DNA from: Tubiluchus corallicola
Lineage: Eukaryota > Animalia > Priapulida
Assembly (NCBI GenBank): GCA_030141605.1
Contig: JAQGDQ010000225.1
Coordinates: 248,001-312,000 of the forward strand
Direction: 5' to 3'
DNA: 64,000 nt
The notes under the pieces are model-generated. The model searched no databases and was not told the DNA's origin. It was given only the letters and a program-made list of their open reading frames with translations. This document shows, one piece after another, positions 54,073-64,000 of this stretch. The first letter of the stretch is position 1. Every line of letters begins with the position of its first letter. The translations under genes were made by a program, and so were the position numbers.

Positions 54073-54980
54073 CTAAAACAGCAGGCAAAATAAAGACTAG
54101 GGTAGGCAGGAGCAAGCTTTTTCAATAAGTTTTCTGCCATGGGAAAATGCAGACGTAAATGAGAGAAAAAGAACGGTCCTATCCGACGTACGAAGTCTTG
54201 ACACGCAAGTAAGACAAGTAGCTAACCTGTCACTTGACCATCTTTCTTCCATCAGTATATAAGTACATGACAAGGTACTCAATTAAAATTGAATAGGCAA
54301 TAGTCTTAATGACCAAAAAATCCCCAACACGAGTGAGATTCGAACCCAGAGCTCTAGACAGGCAGCCAAGTATTAAGTGAAAGTGAAGGTACTGTGCCAC
54401 TGTACAACATTCAGTAGCATACATAAGAACTCAGTAAATTTTTGAGTTAAAAATTTAAATTTCAACTTTACTGTTGTGTTCATGCATGAGCTGTCAAACA
54501 TGTGTACTATTATATCACAGCTGAACCCATATGAACCGAGAGGTACAGCACCTGATTTTCTGCAACACACTTCCGAGATGCATGCTCTACTGCCCATTCT
54601 AACTAGCGAATGACAAAATGTATGTATCAGCGAAGAACGTGCCACGAGAACATGAATGTACCGTTCTGTAGCAATAATTCTTTCACTTAAGTCATTCTTA
54701 ATAAGACAAGTTCCCTCTCAATATTTTATAAATTACATTGTTTTAAGCTATAGAAACAAAAAATGACATGCTTGCACAGAAACACCTGTAAGACTAGGAA
54801 GCTCAAACTGAATTAAAATGAAATTTACCCTCAACCAGACCAACAAATGAGCAAAATTGCACTTGAAAGCCTGTTAACAAAAGCTACATGCTACCAAATG
54901 GCATGAATACACCATAAGGTTTTTAGTAAAAGATAAACTTGCAGTTTGAAAATGGTTCACTAACTCACCCCCCTCCATAC

Positions 54981-55053
54981 CTGCAATACTTTTTGTAGCC
55001 CGGCCCACAACAAAGACTGGTACTTTGTTCCAACTTTCTGTAATGTCGGCTAC
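54981..55053 (-). CDS. UROS: UROS coding exon 3 (VADITESWNKVPVFVVGRATKSIA)
   Basis: 73 nt, tttttcag| acceptor, G|GTATGG donor (phase 1); W-x5-(F/Y)VVG-x-AT motif. An alternative in-frame donor would end the exon at 54969. Confidence 0.93.
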
Positions 55054-55440
55054 CTGAAAAAATACAAATTTCAGGATGAAGCCTGTGCACATGTGTTAAA
55101 ATACATTGCTGTGCAAAACAACATTGAAAGCACATGATTAATCCAACTAATAATGAGGGAATCAAATGCTGGGATTAATTCTTCTATCATGGGAATTTTC
55201 TTGATGAAGTTCAGCGATACGTTTTGTGTTCCGACTACACTTAAACAAATACGAATTCAAACATCAAAATCTCTTGCCCCAAACAATGGTGCATAAAAAT
55301 TTCAAGAAACAAAATGTTTATAGTGTTTTTTATATTTTTCCCAGAGTTGCTTCTACATAGAGAAGTTAAAAAAAATGAAATGAAACAGAATAGAATAAAA
55401 TGAACTAGCATAGAATGAAACAAGCGGTTCTTAAACACAC

Positions 55441-55608
55441 TTTGTCTTTAGCTGCTCTTGCAATTGCCTCGACGCTTCGTTGACTTGTGAGAACAAGACC
55501 GCTGTACGATTCCCGGGCATCCAGATGACCGACCAACTCCTCCAAGTTCACGTAGACGAAGTCAAGAACTGGAATGCTGATAGCTTTCAAGCCGTTGTTT
55601 ATCAGAAC
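55441..55608 (-). CDS. UROS: UROS coding exon 2 (VLINNGLKAISIPVLDF...SGLVLTSQRSVEAIARAAKDK)
   Basis: 168 nt, cattgttag| acceptor, AAA|GTGTGT donor (phase 0). Contains IPVL and G-L-x-x-T-S-x-R-x-V-E-A motifs of HemD/UROS. Confidence 0.95.
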
Positions 55609-57175
55609 CTAACAATGACAAAAAGTATGACGTTTCACTGACAGAAGTAAAAACAGAAATGATAGAATCAATCCACATTGCTGTTTGTCCAACAGACTTT
55701 TTTCACTCATTGCAAAAAAAGGTGAAACTGCAATGCAAAAAAAAAGAATAAAGCAACAGCAAACATGCAAATAAATAAGCAACAAGCATTAAGACATCAA
55801 TAACAAACAGCAGAAAATGACTTGAAATTAAATCATTACATCACTACAAAACCAAAGTAAAATTTATTACTAAATAAAGTTTCTAATCCTCAAAAAGGAG
55901 CATGAACGAATGCATGCCGACATAAAAACACACATATGCACGCACTTTAAACAGTTACAAAAAAAATCAGTAATTTACCACGATTGTGACAAAACCCAAC
56001 AAATAAATTATCACAAAGCTCTATATAAAAATAAGCAAAGAGATGCACCTACAAACTTTTGAAGATCTGTATAGCAAACTTCGAGCGAATTTTCAGAAAC
56101 AAACACAGACAAATTGATCTATAACAATTGCATACTGAACACACAACTATAGGTATCAATACAACTAAAAACAGCATTTTACCTCATTCAAAAAAGGCTA
56201 TCTAATGCCTCCATACTAGAGCATCCAAGCATGTTAAAAAACAGGTAACATTAAATAATCATGCTGTCCAATCTTCACTTCTGGCTTCACTTCACAGACA
56301 CCATACCCGGGAGGTAGCATAACAATTGTTGAATTCTTAGATCAAGCTTGCTTGAAAGAAAGTAAATGTGAAAAATTGGGACACAAGTCTAGATTTGAAC
56401 TAGAGGCCTCTCCCTTATAAGGCGAGTCTCGTGACTGCTCCGCTGCCCGGCCATGTCCCAACTTTTCTAAATCTCCTAATTTTCCTTTCTTTCGAACAAG
56501 TTCATTTTCAAAATTCAACAACTGCGGGTTATTCCACCGTTAGTAATAAAATTGGAATTATGACTAAAAAGAGTTTTGGCAATTTTTCAACCAGTTGTAC
56601 AAAAAATATCACCAAGACTGTGAGCCAGTTAGTGGCAGCTGCAGTTTGACTGTTGAACAAACCGTATATAAGACACTGCTTGAAAAAACACCAAGTCAAC
56701 TCCACTAAAAAAAGCTTGTACTTTGGTAGTTACACAGAACTGAATTTGCTGAAATCAAAGTTACTTTATCCTGCAATAAATGCCTTCAAATGACAGGGGC
56801 AACCAACTTCAGAAATGGAACTGGCCAGGTCTGGAGCACCTAAATTTTGGTGCAACTAGAATTTTTCTGGTAAGATTTCTGAAAACAAGCAGAATTTCCT
56901 TCACCATCACCATTTTATGATTTCAATAATTAGTTAATTTTTGCAATTTCAATAACTTCAATAAACTGAAAGGGTTCACAATTTATTTTAGATTTTATGC
57001 ACAAAAGTAGGTGCTTCAAAACTGATTGTACATTTCATGACTTCTCGAACCATAGTGCCACCAAAATTTGACCAGTTCCATTATCAAGGATAACTTCTTT
57101 ATTAAAACCTTGTCTTTTTACATGTAACTAATCAATGACTTGATGATAAAATGTTGCATAAACGGCTTTGCAAAC

Positions 57176-57238
57176 CTGTTCGTAGGGATCGGGACCACCA
57201 TCCTCCTTTGCACTGCGCAAAAGTACGGTCGTGGTCAT
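57176..57238 (-). CDS. UROS: Uroporphyrinogen-III synthase, coding exon 1 (MTTTVLLRSAKEDGGPDPYEQ)
   Basis: 63 nt, GCC-ATG start, ends CAG|GTTTGC (phase 0); upstream acceptor ttttttgcag| opens the exon at 57262. Matches the animal UROS N-terminus (human [21 protein letters not shown]). Confidence 0.92.
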
Positions 57239-58962
57239 GGCAGACGGCCCAGATAATTTAATCTGCAAAAAATTAATTTGTAGTTTTGATACACATTTTG
57301 AAAGCTTTCACTCAATTGCATAACTGCAAATATTGCGATGTCTTCCATACTTTGAGCTGCCTCAGAAACTAAGCAATTCTATGAATGGAAATTATTTAAA
57401 AACAAATGAAACTTTTCACCATCTCTGTCTTCAACAAACATGGTAAGCAACATCACAAGATCAAACAGAATAGAGGGGTAACTCCTACGTTAAACTATGA
57501 AAGCATGAATGCATCATATATACATTCGCGGCCATTTGTAAACAACCTCTCCTATAATTTTAGAGAAACAACCAGACACAGGCATTACCCACAGAGCTAA
57601 AAGTCTAGCCAACCACCAGTCAGCAAACCAGACACCTATTTTTAGAAAGTTCCAGAAAAGTTAATCAGAGAGAGAGCGTAACATACCCAGCCACTGATTG
57701 GTGTTGCTCTGAATAAATATTTCTCAACTGTGGCAACAATCAGCAAACAGAGAAAAGTTACAAAGCAGGATTACTACCAAAAATATCAACTTTGCTTAGA
57801 GACTAAAAAGGCTTAGTCATGATAAAAATGACAAAAGCAGAATTTAAGTCAACGGGTTGCTAATAAACTACCAAGAAATAAGAAATTTAAAATGAAGAAA
57901 GAAAAAGTTATAAGCCTTACAGTGGTTATTCTAAAAACAGGATAATACAGAAATGGCAAAAATATTTAGCTTTTAAAAAGCTAAAAGAGACAAATTGTAA
58001 CTTTCTGTTTGTCCATAAATAGAAATCAGTAATAATGCAGTGTACTTTACAAGTCCAATCAACTACAAATCTTTAAATGAGCACATGACTAAACAAATAA
58101 AAACATACAGATAGACAAACAACAAATAGATGAGTGAACAAGAGAAAAAAGACAAGAGACAAAATGGACAAGTAAATTAATAAATATTTTAATTATAATT
58201 ATATAAGTAAATTCTTCATAAAACTAAGGATGACGACTAAAAGAATTAAAACCTAATAGTGTGCATAGAAGCAGGCCTGGTATACTTTTGAAGCAATAAA
58301 GTACTTTGTTGAGAAGAAGTGATTCCAAACCTTACAGCAAAAAAGAAACAGAAACTCGCTGCCAGCAAAGTGTATATACTGATGTAACATAAAAAAGGTT
58401 CACCTTTGGCAAAAAAAGTTGGTGACGATGCACATTAAAGAATTGCCACAATGAAACATGCAAATTCATTGGAGATTCACTACTATATAGAACTCTAAAT
58501 AAGAGATGAATTGGAAATTCTATGTTGAGAACTCTCTTACAATTCAGAGAAATAACAGTTTATGTTTATATAGTGTTTCCATGACTTAAGATTTGTATTT
58601 GTTGTACTCATATAAAAAAACACAATATTTTGGTTACATCCACTATGCAGTATGCACAGGTGAAATCAAAAATAAAAAAGCAAGAAAAATATCAGTGATA
58701 CAGCTGTGACATTTTGTGCTTTTTGAAATTTTTCTTTTGTGATTTTTTGCCATTGTGTTATTATAAAAGTGTTAAACATCTGCTTAATACCTGCTTTGAA
58801 AATATATGATTGCGAGAAACAATTTATTAAATCAGCTTAGCAAAATACTTCACTTTTAAATATAGTAACTAAACAAATAATAAAAAATCAGAACTTTCTT
58901 AGGTTTTATACAAACATTCATTCTTTGAACTACATCTACGTGCAAAGACTAAAAATACGTAC

Positions 58963-59247
58963 CACAGAAGTAATAACTCCAAAACAACTAGTAACAACTA
59001 AGAAAAATTTGTGTGACTTCCCTCACAGTTGAGCAACACAGTTAGCAATGAATGGTATGGGTGTGAAGCTTCATGCAGCAGCTGCAAGTCTATCCACATG
59101 CCTCCCGGTAGGATGTAAGATGATCTGCTCTGCAAATGGGATGCTCATCCACTGGCGGAGTCTGGTGACACTGCAGTCTCAGCGTGTGTCATATGTGGTG
59201 GAGTTACGTTACAGAAATTCTGTTACAGTTACATTTTAATCTTTTAC
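58963..59247 (-). other. Candidate non-coding 5' leader exon of UROS
   Basis: ttttttcag| acceptor at 59249-59248 and G|GTACGT donor at 58962; more GC-rich than its flanks. The ATG exon has its own acceptor, so an upstream exon (or trans-splicing) is required. Confidence 0.4.
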
Positions 59248-59409
59248 CTGAAAAAAGTAAATGTCATTATCAATGTAATTATTTTCTATAACAATGTTCA
59301 TTTCCTATAATAATGTTTATTTCCTATAATAGTGTTTATTCCCTGTAATACTGCGAGACTTATCAAAATGAAATAATTATAAACTCTACTTTCAACTACG
59401 AAAAAACGT

Positions 59410-60045
59410 TGTAGCTATGGTTGCTGTAGTCGTTGTTGCTGTTATTATTGCTGCTATAGCTGTTGTTTTTGCTGTTGTTTTGTCATCGTTGTCATTCTTG
59501 TTGAAGCTGCCACTGTACTTGTTTTCTTGTTGTTATTCTTGTTCTTTTTCTTGGTGTAGCTGTGGCTATTGTTGAGTTGCTGCTGTTTTGTTGATGTTAT
59601 TGCTGATGCCACTGTTACTGCTGTCATTGCTGCCACTGTTGTTGCTGTTCTTATTTCTGCTGCTGATCTTGCTGCTGCGGTTCTTGTTGTTACTGTTACT
59701 GTTCCACTTGTTTTTGTTGTTATTGTTGTTGTTGCTGCTGCCATCATTGATACTGCTTTTGTTGTGGTTTTATTTCTTATTGTTGCACATGGTAGCTGTC
59801 ACAGTCATTATTTGGTTGCTGGTGTTGATGCTGTTGGCACAGTTGCTAGTGTTATTGCTACTGTTTTTGCTGTTGCTGGTGCTGTTGTTGTTGTTGTGGT
59901 CATTGTTGTTATGGTCGTTGTTGTTGTTATTGTGGTCATTGTTATGTTCTTGTTCTTATCACTCTTGTTGGTCTATTGTGGTTTTGTTCCTGTTTTTGCT
60001 GCTGCTATTATTGTTGTAGTGTTGTTGTTGTTCTTGTTGTTGATA
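59410..60045. repeat. Degenerate (GTT/GCT)n trinucleotide tract
   Basis: About 630 bp of GTT, GCT and ATT triplets. Confidence 0.9.
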
Positions 60046-60334
60046 AGGATGTCCTTAAGCTTGAACAGTTTCCTGTGCTCCAGTTTAAAGAACAATAATC
60101 ATGTTATGCTACTTGGTTGGTATGAGACTACGATGATAAGAATTTAATTTAGGTTTCCGCACCTACATTTAAGACATCATATCAAATGCATGCTACTAAC
60201 ACACCAAAAATTCATTTGCAGTAAATATGAAGCAAGTAAGGTAACACCGTTTATGGCTTACTATAAGAAAACAAAGCACGCCATAAAAACCAGTAAATTA
60301 TGCAGTTTTGGCATTTTGCATTTGAGCTTGTAGC

Positions 60335-60909
60335 CAATGGCGGCTCTTAGCTAAAATTAGTGAGAGTGCTGCTTCAGAAAATTTTCAGCCATTGTTTTGA
60401 TATTGTGTAACACGAAACAAACATATAAAAAGAAAATTTATACATAAATTTGATAAAATCCTAAACAAAACATATTTTTTACTTACTAAAAGCCTAAAGT
60501 GTTACAGTTCAATTTAAATTAACCTAATTAATTAATTTATTAAAGCAGATTAAGTTTAGATCAATCCATTCATTTAAAAACAAACTCCATTCATCTTGCT
60601 TTACTTTGTGTCAAAAAAGAGTAATAATTTCCCCCTTGATCGACACTGCGTGAGCGACAGTGCTCTCTCGACCCAGCGTGCAGTTTCTTATCTACGGCAT
60701 GTGCGCATGGCTACATGAGCATAACAGCCAAACACCGCATTGCTGGAGCTACGAAGCTCACAGTTCTGTCATGTGCTCTGGTTCCATACAAGTATGTAAA
60801 AGTATAAAGGAAGAATTAAAGAAAGAAAGACTCATTTATATTAGTGATAATATCGAGTGAAAATAGAGGGTGCTGCAGTTCCGCAATGCCTATGCACGAG
60901 CCGCCACTG
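60335..60909. mobile_element. Non-autonomous hAT-type DNA transposon
   Basis: TIRs CAATGGCGGCTC / GAGCCGCCACTG; perfect 8-bp target-site duplication CTTGTAGC at 60327-60334 and 60910-60917. Confidence 0.85.
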
Positions 60910-61259
60910 CTTGTAGCGTATGCCACCATTGATTTAGAAAAAAGTGACATTGATGCAACAGCCATAAGACATGCTTTTTGCACTTCAACAGTTTCTCTCA
61001 GTTTTTTGTCTTAGAATATGGGAGACAATGGATGACTGAGGCACCTAAATAACAGCTTACAAATAAGCCTACCACAAGTCCTTACTTACAGCTTACAGAG
61101 CAGATAGGGGTTAAGCATAAATGATCGCTTTTTATCCCTCCAATCTTCTCTGGATGTTTTACTTGTGTTAACAGATGGTGGCACTATCGATACGATCTGA
61201 TAGATAGTATCATCGTGTACATGTACAAGCGATGAAGCACTATCAATTAACTTACTGTT

Positions 61260-61540
61260 AATTTAACCAACACCCTTGAGAATTCTGAATTATAATTTGC
61301 CTGTGTCTTCTGTTCAGCATTTAAGTGTTATAAGTCCAAAATGTGGTGGGATAGGATTTTTCAGCAATTACTGGAATCATTCTAGTTCTTGTTGCTAAAT
61401 GCTTTCAAGTTCATAAATCATGTCATGTCTAGAAGTGCTCCAGATCACGTCAGCATAGTCTAAGACAGGCCTTCCCCTTGATTTGTAGACTGATCAACAT
61501 ACCAGTATCCAAATACCTGAAGTTGTGCTTTACTAAAGTC
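61260..61540 (-). mobile_element. Decayed CR1/L2-type LINE fragment (region C-terminal to reverse transcriptase)
   Basis: Minus-strand translation YKSRGRPVLDYADVIWSTSRHDMIYELESI* resembles the CR1 consensus YKSLVRPHLEYAxxVWSP...LERVQ; interrupted by stops and frameshifts. Confidence 0.6.
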
Positions 61541-62469
61541 TATGTGCCTTTTGCAATATTTTATGGATGTGACTTAAGTAAGTTAGTAAGTAGGTAAGTA
61601 AGTAAGTAAGTGAGTGGATGAATAAATATTTTACTCACTATCAATAAGACATCTCTTTTCTTTTTTGAGATTTATTAGTATTCAACAAACTTGAATTCCA
61701 GCTGCCAATTTAAATTACTAATATCAAGTTGTTATGAATGAAGGTATTTAAAAGTGATATTTTAAATGTATACCGACATCTGATTGGCAGCCAATGAAGA
61801 CTACACAAAGCATTTATTGCAGTATCACATTTTGTAACACCTGTTGCAACTTTGTTTTTTCCCTTTTATGGTGCAATGTATCATTGCATTCAAACAAGGG
61901 TGGATGCTGGATGACCGCATGGTCTCTCTCCACCCTGTCTCTTTCTTTCTCTCTGACTTATTATTGATAACACAATACCGTGTAAACTATTATAAAATTG
62001 ATGTATAAAAACTACAAAGTACAGGACGACTTAATCATTCAGTTCGATTCAAATTTGGTTTTTAATACTCTGCTCATTTCTTTTCAACATCTTGATCTTC
62101 TCACATAGGCTTTTCTTCAATTTTTTTCGATAATTATTTTGATATAGATATTCTCCAACCTTTAATTACCGTATATTACCGCTTCCTTATTAATTTTTCT
62201 GTTTGCCATGTGCCTCTAAGACTAAGAGCAGAAACCATCTCTGCACTCATTTGCAGTCATTTAATGTTACACCAATTGAAAAGATGCTGCATACTGTAGT
62301 AACATTTTTCTGTGATTTTCAGTGTTTCATTTTAAATTTATTTAAATTCTCGGTTTAATGTTTTTGTGGTCTTATTTGACTTATTTCTTATTATATTTGG
62401 TATCTTAAATATTTACTGTTTCAACAAAAAGTATTTATCTCGGTGTTTTTCTAGACACAGACATAATAA

Positions 62470-63040
62470 CACGTCTACGCCTTCAGCAACATAAGAAATA
62501 TTCCTGTAGGGCGCCGAGTAACCCACTAGCCACTTCCGGTCTTCTGATTTCGACCATCACATTAACATTTAAGTGGAAAAAACATAAATACATCTTGCAT
62601 GCTATTGAACCGTTGCATAAGGCTAAGCTAAAAACTGCAATATTTCTGTTAAATAAAATAGTAAACTTATTAAATCAAATTTAAATAGTTACATGGCTTC
62701 CATTAAATGCATGATGCAAGTCTTCTTCCGGTTTAAGTTAAATTCACTTAACATAAACCATCTGTCTACTTGCAGCATCCGTGCATGTAGTGTCCCAATA
62801 TGTTGCCAGAAAAGCAAAAACCAATGCTGGAATACTGATACCTGATTGGATGAAATACTTGGCCGGCCGGTGCACGCCATACAAAATAAAACTCATTTCT
62901 ATTTTAGGGCAGCTGTTGTCCTCACGGCCACTTCGATAAATTCCGTGTATCATCTTTGATTTGAAATTAATGTAGTCTAATTTGGGCGGTCGTTTTATCA
63001 AGGCCGATGTCGGCCGGTTTGTGTATCTTGGCAGCCGTGT
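62470..63040. promoter_or_regulatory. CpG-enriched candidate promoter between UROS and the divergent plus-strand gene
   Basis: ETS-type CACTTCCGG at 62531-62539, second CTTCCGG near 62724, GGCCGGCCGG and other CpG clusters in otherwise AT-rich DNA. Confidence 0.4.
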
Positions 63041-63731
63041 ATCATTGGCTTTAGTAAAACTTAATATGCATAAATACCGAGTATGGAGGAAGTCTATTGT
63101 CCTAGCCTTACATCCATATTTTCGCTTGTATTTGGATAATTTAATTTCAACATTTGATTTTCCACACTTTATGTAAGCCATTATAATCACCGCTCATATA
63201 ATAATGTAAGCCCTATAAGTGGTAATTGATTACTACTGCCACTGCATAGATTTTTTTAGGTGTAATGGTAACTGCCATTCACTTGAAAATTATGACTTAA
63301 CTGGTAGATATCACGTGTTTCCATAAACGCGCGCTGTTTAAACTATTTCAAATTTCTGCAGCTTAACCTAACATTCCTACAAAAATATCACAAAATTAAC
63401 TATCTATTTTTTTTGTCAAAACAATTTTTTGTACTTTTAACGAAAATTGGTAGTGTTCTGCTGTTCTTTAGTGAATAACAATGTCATTGGTGGAAAAAGA
63501 GGCGTCAGAATGGGAAATTAAATGATCACGACTTTAAAGTGATTTTACTAATTACATGAGGCACTTACTACGCTTTTATTACTAATCCTTCTAACATTTT
63601 TCATGAACAATGAAATATCACTAACTTTGCAGAAGGCTTGGCCTTTCCTTTAAATTGTAATCTCCATTTACTAATAGACTAGGATCATTTCAAAAATTTT
63701 CTTATACTTCAGCAAAGTCTCTGAACGTTGA

Positions 63732-63914
63732 ATGAATCATCAGAGAGGTAGGAAGCACGGGGGCATGAGACTACGTGGTCCCATGCGTATGGTCATTCTG
63801 TCTGTTGCCATAATTGGTGTCATTTTCATTGGTGCAAAGGTGTTCTCCTTGTCGCGTACTCGATCTCGCTCTTCCTCCCTGAATTTCCAGGAACGCCAAG
63901 CACCAATTTTGAAT
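63732..63914 (+). CDS. Probable first coding exon of a type II single-pass membrane protein (Golgi glycosyl/sulfotransferase-like topology); gene continues beyond the window
   Basis: Acceptor ttttcttatacttcag| at 63712, ATG at 63732, basic tail (MNHQRGRKHGGMRLRGPMR), hydrophobic MVILSVAIIGVIFIGAKVFSL, Ser/Arg stem, then consensus AAT|GTAAGT donor at 63915. Confidence 0.65.
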
Positions 63915-64000
63915 GTAAGTTATTACAATGTGTACCCTATACACAAATTACGTATTAGTCAAGTTTAATGTAATTATAGTTGTTTCAAGAATATGTACAC

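Noticed and set aside
59160-59182. Iron-responsive element (CAGUGU loop) in the candidate UROS leader
   Set aside because: Only two base pairs close the loop and there is no bulged C five bases upstream, so it is not a canonical IRE.
62744-63190. 148-aa minus-strand ORF
   Set aside because: GTG start, no recognisable domain or splice framing; it overlaps the promoter-like/repeat region.

Overview
AT-rich, intron-containing eukaryotic DNA, most likely an invertebrate animal; the species cannot be named from this window. One gene is fully reconstructable: uroporphyrinogen-III synthase (UROS, haem biosynthesis) on the minus strand, 7 coding exons from 57238 to 42502, 882 nt / 293 aa, all GT-AG with consistent phases. 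Each window end holds a probable first coding exon of an unidentified type II membrane protein (minus strand 1352-1626; plus strand 63732-63914, divergent from UROS). About 40 kb (1.7-42 kb) has no recognisable protein domain and is filled with microsatellites, non-autonomous DNA transposons (hAT-, Harbinger-, TTAA/Kolobok- and TA-type), tRNA-derived SINE heads and small motif-dense islands. Most ORFs in the supplied track are artefacts of simple repeats. I found no clearly novel multi-gene system. The best leads are a candidate UROS leader exon with three AUGA-coupled uORFs, a codon-preserving 30-bp array with 150-bp higher-order structure, in-frame tandem splice donors, acidic/PEST additions in UROS and a foldback array in UROS intron 6. 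Comparisons to human UROS are from memory, not a database search.
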